A stretch of DNA of 64,000 nt, taken from Mobula birostris. Lineage: Eukaryota. The stretch covers positions 86,261,921 through 86,325,920 of the forward strand of contig NC_092383.1 of NCBI RefSeq assembly GCF_030028105.1. Direction: 5' to 3'. The position numbers and the translations under genes were made by a program. The notes under the pieces are model-generated. The model did no database searches. It was not told the DNA's origin and worked only from the letters and a program-made list of their open reading frames with translations. Shown here piece after piece: positions 46,697 to 59,699 of this stretch; position 1 is the first letter of the stretch; each line of letters opens with the position of its first letter.

Positions 46697-47589
46697 CTGT
46701 GTGTGTTCAGACAAGGTTCTGAAGCAATTTGTAAATATTGTACCTATCAAGTATTTCTATGTGTAGTTAGAAGGTGGCGCAACAGTGGTCATTAGTGCTT
46801 CTGTGTCTAGAAACTCAGGTGAGATTTCAATAACTGTTGAGATACTTTGAGTATGAAAATCCAATTTATTATTTCTGGTATTTAAAAAACAAGTATCAAT
46901 AATAATAATGATGAACTGTCAGATTGTAAAGATCCCATCTAGATTGGAAAGACTTTTAGGGAGAGAAATTTCTTATCCCTACCGCCCTGGTTTACCTTTG
47001 ACTCCAGATCTAGTAACGTTCTATGCTAACTGCACCACTGAAGTGGCCCAGGAAGGACTCTGATTTCAAGACAATAACGTCAAATGTCGCAGTGATCCCT
47101 GCAGAGAGAGAACAGATCCCAGCAATGGTAGATCTGATGTTCTCGCTTAACAGGTTGCAGTAGATTTCTCCAGCTGGACATATTCTCCCCAAACCTGGCT
47201 CTACACAATTCTTCTTTTCTCCTTATCTGCTTCCACCTCTCACCCACCTCCAAACACCATCCCTTTTCCACCCCATTCCATTTGCCTGTTGTGCTTCACT
47301 ATTCCTCAGCCCCGACTAACTTGAGGACCCAGTTTCACACTTCCCCCTCTCCTATTTAACCCTCTCCCGCTCTACTCACACATGAGGCAGGGTCTCGACC
47401 CGAACCATTGACATTTCCTCTGCCCCTGACAGAAGCTGCTTGACCCATTGAGTTTCTCCATGAGTGAACTCTGAGCTCCAGTTTCCGACAGCTTTAGTGT
47501 CTACGGGTATCAAGCATTCTTGTGAAAACGTTGTACGACCCCCAATCCAACACTGATTATGCAGTTGTCCAGTGCTGTCTGTAACTCAC

Positions 47590-47629
47590 CAGGTAGGAAA
47601 CCAGTCAGAAGGATCAACGTCCACAGCAT
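47590..47629 (-). CDS. Unit B signal-peptide exon (MLWTLILLTGFLP)
   Basis: ATG, 13 codons plus 1 nt, donor GTGAGT, in phase with the V exon. Confidence 0.9.
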
Positions 47630-47692
47630 TTTATTCACGGAGACACAAGCAGGACCTGTCTGTCCTCAGAGAGAAATGACTGAAATAAAATA

Positions 47693-47731
47693 AGGAAGAA
47701 GTCAGTCGGAAGTTTGATCAAAAAAACTACA
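47693..47731. promoter_or_regulatory. Candidate proximal promoter of unit B: ETS (AGGAAG), ETS (CGGAAGT), degenerate RUNX (AACTACA)
   Basis: Positional homology with the promoters of units A, C and D. Confidence 0.5.
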
Positions 47732-48049
47732 GTAACACAATTGGTGTGTGGTACATGACAATCTGAAAAGCTTTTAGTTGTATTTAGCAGGACAGGAACA
47801 CTTAAACTATTCTCAAAGAGTGAATGAAGTGATGAGAAGTGTTAAAATATTAGAGACAAGCAACAGGAAACGTTTTAATCTGAAGTCAAAATAAACGACT
47901 GTAGGTGTCCTGAAGCAGGGAATTAAGCTGAAATGTTGACCACCTGACTCCTGAAGTTCAATTTATTTTTTGCATGATTTATAGTGTTAGCTGTGGTGCG
48001 TCATTGGGAAAAGTGTTCATGGTGAAAAGTTAACGATGGAAAGAGAAAG

Positions 48050-48520
48050 AGCCCATGTAGAGTGTTGTGAGTGTGAGGAGAAAGTTTGATGGCTCTAGGC
48101 GTGTACTCACTGGAGATTAGAAGAATGAGGGGGAGAGGGGGAATCATATTCAAACCTATTGAATATTGAAAGGACAAGACAGAGTGGATGTGGAGAGGAT
48201 GTTCCCTGTGAGTTCTAGGATCAGAGGGCAGTGCCTCTGAGTACAAGCACATTCCTTTAGAACAGAGATGAGGGAAAATTGTTTTAGCTGGATGGTGGTG
48301 AATCTGTTATATTCACTGTCACAGATGACCGTGGAGGCCAATTCACTGGGTATATTTAAAGTGGAGATTGATAAATTCTTGAATAGTAAGGGCATGAAAG
48401 ATTATGGGGAGAAGGCAGCAGAATAGGGTTGAGAGAGAAAATAAATCAGGCACAATGGAATGGTGGAATAGACTCAAAGGGAAGAATGGCCTAATTCTTC
48501 TCTCTGCCTTTTGGTCCTAT
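48050..48520 (+). mobile_element. CR1 3' fragment upstream of the unit B leader, shared with unit D (~61820-62190)
   Basis: CR1 3' motifs are present. The same insertion and flanks occur in D but not in A. Confidence 0.75.
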
Positions 48521-49349
48521 GGTCTTCTGATACAGGCAGCAATCTGCTGAACCTCTTCTGCAATCCCTCCAATGTTTCCACATCTTTCTTGCTATGCTGC
48601 AAACACAACTACACACTGACCTGAAGTGTGTCCTAATCATATTTTTATACATTTGCAACCTGAATTTTCATATGCACATTGCTGGCTCATTGCCATTAGC
48701 GGAAACACATCTCCCTCTGTTCCAAATTTCAGGGAGTTATGGACTTACACTCCAAGCTTTGTCCGTCATTCCGGATCTTGCCTTGGTACCCCCAGCACTC
48801 AGGGCAAACCCTTTTCTCATTGTTACCATCAGTAGGGAGATACAGAAGCCTGAAGGCACACACTCAGCAATTCAGGAACAGCCTTTTCCCCTCTGTCATC
48901 CAATTCCTAAATAGGTATTTTATGCATAAAGACTACCTCACTTTTTTAATGTATATTATTTCTGTTTGTGCATGATTTTAATCCATTCAGTATATGTATA
49001 CTGTAATTTATTTTTTTCTCTTCTTCTATATTATATATTACATTGAACTGCTGCTGCTAAGTTAACAAATTTCATGACACATGCCAGTGATAATAAAAGT
49101 GATTCTGATTCGGGTTCTGATTTTGATTCTGATAATTCAATGTTTTGGGGAGCTTGCTGCTGAGGAGGGAGCAAAGTAGGAAATAGGTGTGATGTAGAAG
49201 AGGCTTTTCACGCAAACTCAGCATACAGTACTTCACTTCATTCCCTCTCCTCTCTGAAAACCGTGTCTGCTCTTTGAAGGAAACTTTAAAGCACACCTTT
49301 TCTGAATTCTATTCCATCTGTCAGTGCAATTTCAAGAACTCTGATGGAT

Positions 49350-49512
49350 TTTCACTTTACTCTGGTTAGATGTGAGAGGAAACCAAGTGAATGGAATTAC
49401 ACAGTCACAATGGAGTAAAATCCATATCAGATCTGTTCTTAAACCAAATCAACTCAATTTTGACAGGAAATGATCTGTGTTAAGTAGACAACCCCTGTAG
49501 TTTCTATTTCTC
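49350..49512. promoter_or_regulatory. Candidate IRF/ETS/ISRE enhancer upstream of unit B
   Basis: TTTCACTTT (49350-49358), ACAGGAAATG (49463-49472) and AGTTTCTATTTCTC (49499-49512). Confidence 0.5.
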
Positions 49513-50889
49513 ATAGAATCACAGGGCACAGTTAATGGGCTGGACACACTTGTCCAAGGAGAAGACATTTCTGTCTTACCTAGCTCAACTCCATGGTCTC
49601 CCTTTCCCCTAACCCTGCATATCTTTGCTGAGATTCTCAGTCTCTAGCATCACAGTATCTCTGTTCACCAGGTTAGATCTTCCTATGTTAGTCGAAGTGT
49701 GATCTATCCACATTCATGCTGTGCAATTATCTGGGACAGATGAAGTCTGAGGAGAGCTTCAGTGCAAGGAATAACAATTCTCACATGTCACACATATTGT
49801 AGAAGTAATACAGAATCATAATCAAAATCAGTTTTAATATCACTGACATAATGTATGTTGTGAAATTAAATGTAGCAGTCCTAAATGGGAATGTTCGATG
49901 ATTACCATTGGAGCTCTACACAGAGTCACGACTTCTCGGTGCCATCTTGAATTTTATCTGAACAATGTTAATTGTTCAACCTTGATTTCATTGTAAACAC
50001 TGGAAAATCTGCAGATGCTGGAAATCCAAACCAACACACAGAAAATGCTGGAGGGAACTCAGCAAGTCAGGCAGCATCTGTGGAAATGAATAGATAGTCG
50101 ACATTTCAGGCTCAGGCTCTTAGTCAGGTCTGAGAAGAAAGTGAGAAGTTGCCTGAATCAAAAGATGGGTGAGGGGCGGAAGGCTATCTGGAAGGTGATC
50201 AGTGATGCCAGCTGGATAGGAACAGGTGTAAAGGCAGTAAAAGAAGGAATCTGACGTGAGAGGAAAGTGGACCATAGGAGAAAAAGGAGGAGGGGCCTAG
50301 GGAGAAGAACCAGGCTGGTGAGAACTGGTAAAAGAAGGGCCTCCGACTGAAACCTTGACTGTCTATTCACCTCCATAGATTCTGACTGACCTGCTGAGTC
50401 CCTCCAGTATTTTGTGTGTGTTGCTTTTGACCTCATTGTAGTATGAGGGTTGAGGTGATTCAAGAATGTAGCTCATTTATATTTTCCTGAATTTTTGTTG
50501 CTGACTTTGCAATTGTTTATAAACACTTAATTTCACATTGTATATCAAGAGATAAATCATAAAATAATTCAGTATAGATGGAGAGCTGTTGTAATTTTGG
50601 GTTTGTTACATTTGCTTTAGGGGAAAACAGTGCAGTATATTAGCCATGAATGTATATCTGCTTAAATTCTGTACATTGTATAGTATGAGTGCTGGCTCTA
50701 TTGCATCAGTCACTGCTGTCATCAGTCTAATGTTCACCCTCAGCGAATGATGTGGTTAGAACTTCTGTCTTCTTTACTTGTCTTACCAAACAGAATATAG
50801 AGAAGTAACAGCAGATGCTACACATTGACAGATTGTTCTGGCCTCTTCCTGCATTGCACCATCACTTCTTGGAAAACTTCTCAAAGGTC

Positions 50890-51835
50890 ATTTTCATAAA
50901 TAACCTGGATGAGGAAGTGGAGGGATGGGTTAGTAAATTTGAGGACACAAAGTTTGGGCGTGTTGTGGATAGTGTGGAGGGCTGTCAGAGGTTACAGCGG
51001 GACATTGATAGGATGCAAAACTGGGCTGAGAAGTGCAGATGGAGTTCAACCCAGATAAGTGTGAGGTGGTTCATTTTGGTAGGTCAAATATGATGGCAGT
51101 ATACAGTATTAATGGTTAGACTCTTGGCAGTGTGGAGGATCAGAGGGATCTTGGGGTCCAAGTCCATATGACACTCAAAGCTGCTGCGCAGGTTGACTCT
51201 GTGGTTAAGAAAGCATGCGGTGCATTGGCCTTCATCAATCGTGGGATTGAGTTAGGAGCCAAGAGGTAATGTTGCAGCTATATAGGACCCTGGTCAGACC
51301 CCACTTGGAGTACTCTGCTCAGTTCTGGTCGCCTCACTACAGGAAGGATGTGGAAACCATAGAAAGGGTGTAGAGGAGATTTACAAGGATGTTGCCTGGA
51401 TTGGGGAGCATGCCTTATGAGAATAGGTTGAGTGAACTCGGCCTTTTCTCCTTGGAGCAACGGAGGATGAGATGTATAGATAGAGGTGTATAAGATGGTG
51501 AGAGACATTAATTGTGTGGATAGTCAGAGGTCTTTTCCTAGGGCTGAAGTGGCTAGCATGAGAGGGCATAGTTTTAAGGTACTTGGAAGTAGGTACAGAG
51601 GAGATGTCAGGTGTACGTTTTTAATGCAGAGAGTGGTGAGTGCATGGAATGGGCTGTCAGCAATGGTGGTGGAGGTGGATAGATAGGGTCTTTTAAGAGA
51701 CTCCTGGATAAGTACATGGAGCTTAGAAAATCAGAGGGCCATGGGTAACCCTTGGTAATTTCTAAGGTATGAACATGTTAGGCACATCTTTGTGGGCCAA
51801 AGGGCCTGTATTGTGCTGTAGGTTTTCTATGTTTT
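50890..51835 (+). mobile_element. 5'-truncated CR1 inserted into the duplicated upstream block of unit B
   Basis: CR1 RT and C-terminal motifs. The host block continues on both sides (compare 12470-12520). Confidence 0.88.
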
Positions 51836-53139
51836 TAACTGTGGGTCAATATCCTGATGAGAACAAGTGCAGAGATACAAAACATCTTCAGCAAAGTATT
51901 TTTGTTTCAGCAGCTAGATCACTGAACAACAATAACAATTTGGTGAAGAAAAGTGAAAAGGTCATTTAACCATCGTGTTTAAACTGGATCCCAATCCTGT
52001 GCATACCTCTAAATACAATGGTGGGATTGTAAAACATTTTCCATTCGGTTGTTGAGAAGTCATACAAAAAGAGCAGCTTCATGAGGTATTGGTCAGACTG
52101 CACGTGGAAGATGGTGAACAGTTTTTGGCCCCTTATCTTTGAAAGGATGTGCTGTATTTGGAGCGGATCCAGAGGAGGTTCCCGAGAACAATACCAGGCA
52201 TGAAAGGGTAAATATGTGAGGAGTGCTTGATGTCTTGGGGTCTGTACTCGCTGGAGTTTAGAAGAATTGGGGAAGGGTTCTCAATGAAACCTCTTGAATA
52301 GTGAAGGGCCTGGACCTGGGTTGGTGTCTATGTGGAGAGGAAGTTTCCTCTGGTAGAAGGGTCCCTGACCAAAAGGTACTGATTCTGTGGAATTTATTAT
52401 CACAGATGGCTGAGGAGGCTAAGCCCTTGGACATATTTAAAGCAGAGGTTGATAGGTTTTTGTTTAGTAAGGGTGTCAAAAGGTACTGGGAGAATAGGGT
52501 TGAGGTGAACAATAAATGAGCCATTATAGAATGGTGATACAGTCTCAATGGGCTGAATGGCCTTCTGCCACTATGTGTCATCGTCTTATGATCTGAAGTG
52601 ATAGGGCAATGCAGGGAAAGGTTGCAACAGTTAGTTTACGTGAGGCATCCATTGATACTTAACTATATTCTATTTTTACAGAATAAGACAAGTAAAGAAT
52701 ACGGAAGTCCGAACACAGACTCAGGGCAGTAATTGTTGCCAAAAGTGCATCTACGAAGTACTGACTTGAAGGGGGTGAATACTTATGCAATTAATTATTT
52801 TGCATTTTATATTTCAAATAATTTACATCACTATGTAGAGATCTGTTTTCATATGCAGAAGTGTCCATAAATCAGGGCTTCATCACCTGGGACTGAACTG
52901 TATTGTCTTTGTCTTACACCTCATTCCTCTGAGCAGATCTGCTTTCTAAACTGACAGTGTTCCATTATTTATCCAGATCTGAGGAGGGGTCCCTGACCTG
53001 AAACTGGGTTCAATGGCCCAAAACGTTCAGTGCTAATTCCTTTACAGAGATGCTGCCTGATCTGTTGAGTTCCTTCAACACTTGTGTGTGTTCAATCAGT
53101 ATACAGGAGGACGTTTGAAAATCTGGTTGTATAGTGTCA

Positions 53140-53960
53140 CAACAACTATCTCTCATTTAACATCATCAAAACCAAAGTGCTGATTATTGACCACAGTATG
53201 AGGTATCCAGAAGTCCACGAGCCAGTATTCAGCAGGAAGTCAAAGGTGGAAAGAGTCAGTAACTTTAAATTCCTTGGCATTATCATTTTAGAGGATCTGT
53301 CCTGGGTCCAGCACAAAGAAAGCTGACAGCGCATTATTTACTTAAAAATTTGCAAAGATCAAACTGTCATCTAAAACTTTGACAAAGTTCTATAGATCCA
53401 CAGTGGAGCATATTCTTACTGGTTGCATCATGGCATGGTATGAAAACACCAATGTCCTTGAATGGATAAACCTATAAAAGGTAGTGGATAAAGTCCAGTT
53501 GATCACAGATAAACCCCTCCTCACTGTGGAGCACATTGTCACACTAAAAACAGCATCTATCATCAACTAGGCCATGCTCTCTTCTTCCTGTTGCCGTCAG
53601 GAAGCAGGTACAGGAGCCTCATGTCCCACACCAGCAGGTTCAGGAACAGATATTACCCCTTAATCATGGGGCTTCTGAACCAGAGTGGATAATTTCACCT
53701 ATCACTGAACTGATTTCTCAACCTATGGACTCACTTTCAAGGATTCTACAATTCATGTTCTCAAATATTATTTAGAACTTATTTACCTATTACTATGATT
53801 ATTATTTTGTTTTTCTTTTAGTATTTCCATTTTTTTTTACTCATTGGTTATTTGTCTTTGTGTGTAGTTTCCACTGATTCTATTGTGTTTCTTTGTATTT
53901 ACGGTGAATGCCTGAAAGTAAATGAAATAGTATATGGTGACATATACAGTATGTCCTTCA
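53140..53960 (+). mobile_element. Degenerate Rex/L2-like LINE 3' fragment with tail
   Basis: Contains FKFLGIII-like and ILTGCIMAWY-like segments, and the CAGGTTCAGGAACAG 3' motif shared with other copies. Confidence 0.65.
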
Positions 53961-54934
53961 ATAATAAATTGAAGTTTCTTTTCTGACAATTATGCAATCA
54001 TTTGATCAGAATAAAATAAAAGTTAATTGAAATTGGGTATATTTCCAGTCAATATTCAGGGGTATTAAAGACGAATGAACAATGGAATTAAAAGTTGGGT
54101 GTTGAACAAAATGAGTGATTGCCTTGTTGCAGCTTGCAATGGTCAACGGGGTGTGAATCTGCAAATAGAAGTTGCTACTTTTCTCAGAGTTGACATGTAA
54201 CTGTAACCCGTCGATGTACAATTCGCCTCGGAGCTGCTACATGAAGGGAGCTGTTTGCAGATGTAAAGATCATCACTCATGATAACAAAACGCAAAATAT
54301 TAGAAGATTCTTTGTAATCAGATAACGATGTGGTATAGCACAAGTTTTTTTCACACAGTGGATGAGAAAGAGAATAAGTAAGGCAAAAGGCCAGCATTAC
54401 ATTGAAAACTGCAGCAGGTCACTCTTATGCAGCGAGTTTCAACCTGGAATAAAACTGCAACCTACAATCCAATTTTGAGCTTATTATAGTTGTATATCTT
54501 TCACCTTTGATTGAGATGATGTCAGTTTCTTTGATTAATATGACAGAGGATTCACATATTAAGGTATCAAGTTTCAGTAACTGACAGACTATAGTTTCAA
54601 GATCAGGCACCTGAATCAGCATGGATAACTTCACTCACTCAACACTGAACTGATCATGACACAGAAACCTAAGGGTTCACTTTCAAGGACTCCATAACTC
54701 GTGTTCTCAGTATTTATTTATTTGGAGATTCAGCACAGAACAGGCTCTTTAGGCCCAATGAGCCACACTGCCCAGTAACCCACCGATTTAACCCAGCCTA
54801 ATCCCAGCACAGTCTTCACTAATTCATTTGACACAAGAAGATGGATTTCACTGTATGCTTCGAAGTTTTGATGTAAATTTGATGAATATAAAGCTAATTT
54901 TTAAAAATAAAACAGAATATACATGCAATATTTC

Positions 54935-55134
54935 CTTCCCGACCCTGTAGCCCATTGGTTTCTACTGAAACTGAATATTGGTGACCAATATTCCATGGCA
55001 CCAATACATTGTGTGGGACTGATTTACTGTTGCATAGGGACAATCATTTATGATCACCTTTCCTACAACTCCTCTTACCCCATCTCTCCATCTCCACAAT
55101 CCATCTCTCTCTAACCAAAAGCAAACTGAAATTG
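54935..55134 (-). pseudogene. Unit C degenerate V exon
   Basis: Reads VRGVVGKVI..DCPYATVNQSHTMYWCHG..ETNG with frameshifts, a small insertion, a mutated upstream acceptor (AG to AA) and a missing 3' half. Confidence 0.8.
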
Positions 55135-55929
55135 AAAGCAAAATTCTTGAGGATCTGAAGAGAATTCAGAATTGAAGCGAATGAGGGTGAGAGACAACAT
55201 GATAGAGATGTATAAGATGATCAGAGGCAGAGATCAAGCGGAGATCCAGAGAATATCTCAGGGCAGAAATGGCCAATGTGTGGGGGAATAATTTCAAGGT
55301 GATTGGAGGAAAGGATTGAGAGGGTGTCCGAGGCATGTTCTTTACACAGAGTGGTGGGAGCATGAAAAACCTTGCCAGGAGTGATGGTAGAGGCAGATAC
55401 ACTTAAAAGACTCTTAGATAGGCTTATGGATTATAGGAGAGCTTTAGAAGGGATGGATTATATTGATCTTATAGTAACACACAAATGCCAGAGAAACTTA
55501 GCAGGCCAGGCAGCACCTATAGAAACAGGTACTGTCCACGTTTCGGGCTCAGACCCTTCAGCGTCTACTCCCCAATTTTCAGGAACAGTAATTACCCTTT
55601 CATCATCATACTCCTGAACCGATGTGGATAACTTCACTCACTTGAACTATGAACTGATTCCACAACACATGGAATCAGTCTCACTTTCAAGGATTCTGCA
55701 GCTCATACTCTCAGTATAAAAATAATGTATTAAAATATGTGTATTTTTATCTGCACTATTTGTCTTCTTTTGCACCTTGGTTGTTTGTCTGACTTCATTT
55801 ATGTAGGTTTACACAAATTCTATCACATCGCTTTATTTTTCTCTAAACGCCTGAAAGAAAATGAATCTCACTGTAGTATCTGCTGACATGCATGTACTTT
55901 GATAATAAATTTACTTTGACTTTGACTAG

Positions 55930-56310
55930 TGCAGCACTTTGTCAAAAGGCTTTTGAAAATCCAAGTAAACAACATCCACTGATGGACAAAGTCTCGTTCC
56001 TCTATGCAGCCTGTTAATTCTTTAAGGAGTTCTAACAAATTTGGCAGGGTAGATTTCTCCTTATGCAGATTATGCTGACTTCAGCCTATCTTACCATATA
56101 CCTCCAAGTACTCTGAAACCTCATCCTTAATAACAGATTCTAACATCTTAGCAAACACTGAAGTCGGACTAATTGTCCTATAACATCCTGCCTTTTGTCT
56201 CCCTCCCTTCTTAAAGAAATGAGTGACATTTGTAGTTTTCCATTCCTCTGGAACCATACTTGAAAGATTATTACTCATGCCTCTACAATCTCTTCAGTTA
56301 GCTCCTTCAG
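55930..56310 (-). mobile_element. CR1 RT fragment
   Basis: ORF 56081-56278 reads VPEEWKTTNVTHFFKKGGRQK..YRTIS. Confidence 0.8.
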
Positions 56311-56594
56311 AACCATGGGGTGCAGTCCAAGTAACTGATCCTATTTCACAATGTCCTCTCTCCTATTTACACCACCTTCCCTCTCCACTCAGGTTCAATG
56401 CAGAGTCTCAACCCAAACCACCAACAATTCCCTTCCCCCAGACAGATGCTGCTTGGCCTGCTGAGTTCCTCCAGGAGATTTCGCTGAACTCCAGTTTCTG
56501 ACATCTTTAGTGTCTACACGTATTCAAGCTCTGTTCTGGAAACAATGCAAACCAAAACTGATTATAAAAATACCCCATGCTGGTTGTCACTCAC

Positions 56595-56631
56595 TGGGTA
56601 GGAAACTAATCAGAAGAATCAAAATCCACAT
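56595..56631 (-). pseudogene. Unit C signal-peptide exon (MWILILLISFLP), intact but followed by a dead V exon
   Basis: ATG, 37 nt, donor GTGAGT, paralog of the unit A and B leaders. Confidence 0.85.
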
Positions 56632-56700
56632 TGTTTTATTCACTGAGACCCTGTCAGCACTTGTCTGTTCACAGAGTGAAATTGCTGTTGAATAAAATTA

Positions 56701-56738
56701 AGGAAGAAGAGGGCAGGAAGTCCAATCGCGAAACCACA
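56701..56738. promoter_or_regulatory. Unit C promoter-like ETS/ETS/RUNX triplet (AGGAAG, CAGGAAGT, AACCACA)
   Basis: All three motifs are intact at the conserved spacing. Confidence 0.5.
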
Positions 56739-57997
56739 GTGAGCTAACTTAGGCTGATATGTGAACATATGAAAAGCAACACACACAAAATTCTGGAGGA
56801 ACTCAGTAAGTCAGGAAGCATCTATGTAAATGAACATACAGTCGATATTTTGGGCCGGAATCCTTTATCAGGTCTGAAAAGGAAAGGGGAAGACACCAGA
56901 ATGAAAGGATGGGGTGAGGGGATGCAGGCTAGCTGGAAAGTGATTGGTGAAGCCAAGTGGGTGGGTAAGGTAAAGGGCTGGAGAGGAAGGAATCTCGTAG
57001 GAGAGGACCGTGGAACATAGGAGAAAGGGAAGGAGAAGGGGACCCAGGGGGAAGTGATAGGAAGGTGGGATGAGGTAAAAGGCCAGAATATCAAAAGCTC
57101 TTAATTATATTTGTCAAAATTAAAGACAATTCCCAATAACAGATAGAAATAATGAGAAAAGTCGAATTGTTAGATGCCAGCGACAGCAGATGTTATAATC
57201 TGCAGCAAAAATAAATTGCTGGAGGAGTCATGATGCAGCAGCTTAATCTGCAATGTTGACCATTCTGCCGGACATTAAAAGTGACAGGTGCGTAAAAAGG
57301 ACCCGAAGGATTATTGGCAAACCAAGTTACCCCGACCACAAACTGTTCCAGCTGCTACGATCCGGGAAACAGTATCGCAGCATAAAAGCCAGGACCAACA
57401 GGCTCCGGGACAGCTTCTTCCACCAGACCATCAGACTGATTAATTCACACTGACACAATTGTATTTCTAAGCTATATTGACTGTTCTGTTGTATATCTTA
57501 CTGTTCATACTCTTTATTACAAATTACTGTAATTTGCACATTGTACATTCAGATGGAGATGTAACGTAAAGATTTTTACTCCTTATGTGATGGATGTAAG
57601 AAGTAAAGTGAATTCAATTCAATTCAATCTGCAGATGCTATCTGACTCCCTAAGTTCCTCCAGAAGCTTTTTCTCTTGCTTGAGTTAAAATGTTATCCAT
57701 GATGAGTCATCAAGTAAAGGGTTGATGACAAAAAGTTAACTGAGGAAGGAAAAGGAATGAGAGGAAGAGAAAAAACCATGGTCAAGACGTTCAGTTGTTC
57801 TTCAGAACAAACATCAGAATGGGAAGAAATGTGTTCTAAGTGACTTTATTGTGGAATGGTTGTAGGTGCCAGATGGAGTAGTTTGAGTATCTCAGAAACT
57901 GATGATCTCCTGGGATTTGCACACATTACAGTCTCTAAAGTTCACAGAGGATGGAGCAAAAAATTGAAAAAAGGAAATCTTGTGAGTAGTGGTTCAG

Positions 57998-58231
57998 TGC
58001 CAATTCCAGGCACTGCAGTAATATTGATGGTACTTGCATTGAAGGATTGACAACGTCGAGCCACTTCATTGGTGCCTGATACCGTTGGATACCCAGATGA
58101 GGTTATTTCAGACCATGTGTGCTGAATGGGAAAGGATCCCTGCAAGGACTCACAGGAAACTGACACTGAGTCCCTGAGACGTGAAACATTTGCTGTTGAC
58201 AGATATCGAAGCACAGGAGAAGACACAGGTT
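57998..58231 (-). pseudogene. Unit D truncated C2 exon
   Basis: Reads EPVSSPVLRYL..SCESLQGSFPIQHTW.. with a frameshift before HQYYCSAWN. The 3' end and donor are replaced by a Tc1 fragment (~57778-57997). Confidence 0.88.
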
Positions 58232-58364
58232 CTGTGGAAAGGAATTCAACAATCAGACACTAAATGAACATATGAAATCAAAAACTCCTCTACCACTTTA
58301 TTAGGTACACCTGTTCACCTGTTTGTAAATGCAAATATCTAATTAGCCAATCATGTGGCAGCGT

Positions 58365-59455
58365 ACTTACACACCTGGAGAAGAGGGATGCTGATGTGAG
58401 AATACTGTTCTTGGACCACAGTTCAGCATTCAACACCATAATTCCCTCCAGGCTTGACAAGATACTCAGAGACCTCAGCCTTCACCCTGTCTTGTGCAGC
58501 TGGATCCTGGACTTTCTGTCAGTTCGCCGGCAGGTGGTAAAAGGGGGGTTCCCTCATCTCTGCCCCTCTGACCCTCAACACAGGAGCCCCTCAGGGCTGT
58601 GTCCTAAGCGTCCTCCTTTACTCTCTGTATACTCATGACTGTGTTGTCACCTACAGCTCTAATCTGCTAATTGTATTTGCAGATGATACTATATTGATTG
58701 GCCTTATCTCAAATAATAACAAGACAGCCTACAGGGAAGTCATCACCCTGACACTGTGGTGTCAAGAAAACAACCTCTGCCTCGATGTCGCAAAAACAAA
58801 GGAGCTGGTTGTGGATGACAGGAGGAATGGACACAGGCTAACCACTATTGACATCAATGGATCTGAGGTTGAGAAGGTAAACAGCATCAAGTTCCTTGGC
58901 ATACACATCACCAAGGATCTCAAGTGGTCTGTACATACTGGTTGTGTGGCGTAAAAAGCACAACAGCACCTCTTTCACCTCTGATGGTTGAAGAAGTTTG
59001 GCATGGGTCCCCAAATCCTCAGGACTTTCTACAGGGACACAATTGAGAGCATTCTGACTGGCTGCATCACTACCTGGTATGGGAACTGTACCTCCCTCAA
59101 TCACAGGACTCTGCAGAGAGTGGTGCGGACAGCCCAGCACATCTGTGGATGTGAACTTCCCAATATCCAGGATATTTACAGTGATAGGTGCATAAAAAAG
59201 GCCTGTAGGATCATTAGGGACCCAAGTCACCCTAACCACAAACTGTTCTGGGACAGCTTCTTCCATCAGGCCATCAGACAGATTAATTCACGCTGATACA
59301 ATTGTATGTCTATGCTACATTGACTGTCCTGTTGTACATACTATTTATTACAAATGACTATAAATTGCACTTTGCAGGTTCAGACAGAGATGTAGTGTAA
59401 TAATATTTACTCCTCATGTATGTGAAGGATGTAAGAAATATAGTCAATTCAATTC
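58365..59455 (+). mobile_element. 5'-truncated Rex1/Babar-type LINE splitting the intronic Tc1 of unit D
   Basis: Carries [19 protein letters not shown] and ESILTGCITTWY. Tc1 sequence flanks it on both sides (58270-58360 and 59460-59690). Confidence 0.85.
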
Positions 59456-59699
59456 AACACAGTCCATAAAAGCATGCAGACATGGTCCAGAGATTCAGTT
59501 GTTGTTCAGGTCAAACATCAGAATGTGGAAGAAGTGTGATCAAAGTAACTTTACGCATGAAATGATTGTAAGCGGTTGTTTGAGTATCTCAGATAATGCA
59601 GGTCTCCTGGAATTTTCACACTGTCTCTAGAGTTGGTAGAGAATAGTGCAAAAAACAAAAAAAAAAACATCCATGGAGCAGCAATTCTATAAGCATAAA

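Larger units (their letters stand above)
26235..47629 (-). other. Unit B gene model: leader-V-C2-(microexon)-V'-C2'-stalk-TM-short tail, a four-Ig-domain CD300/pIgR-like receptor of ~496-504 aa
   Basis: Joining exons 47590-47629, 45913-46233, 44788-45108, (43485-43508), 40898-41218, 38077-38397, 35421-35475, 26370-26460 and 26235-26255 gives one open frame (1515 nt with the microexon). All introns are GT-AG with matching phases. There is no transcript evidence. Confidence 0.7.

Noticed and set aside
4069-47629. Assigning the gene symbols PIGR, CD300 or FCRL
   Set aside because: The similarity is at domain-family level only and the architecture matches none of these exactly. Orthology cannot be established without a phylogeny.
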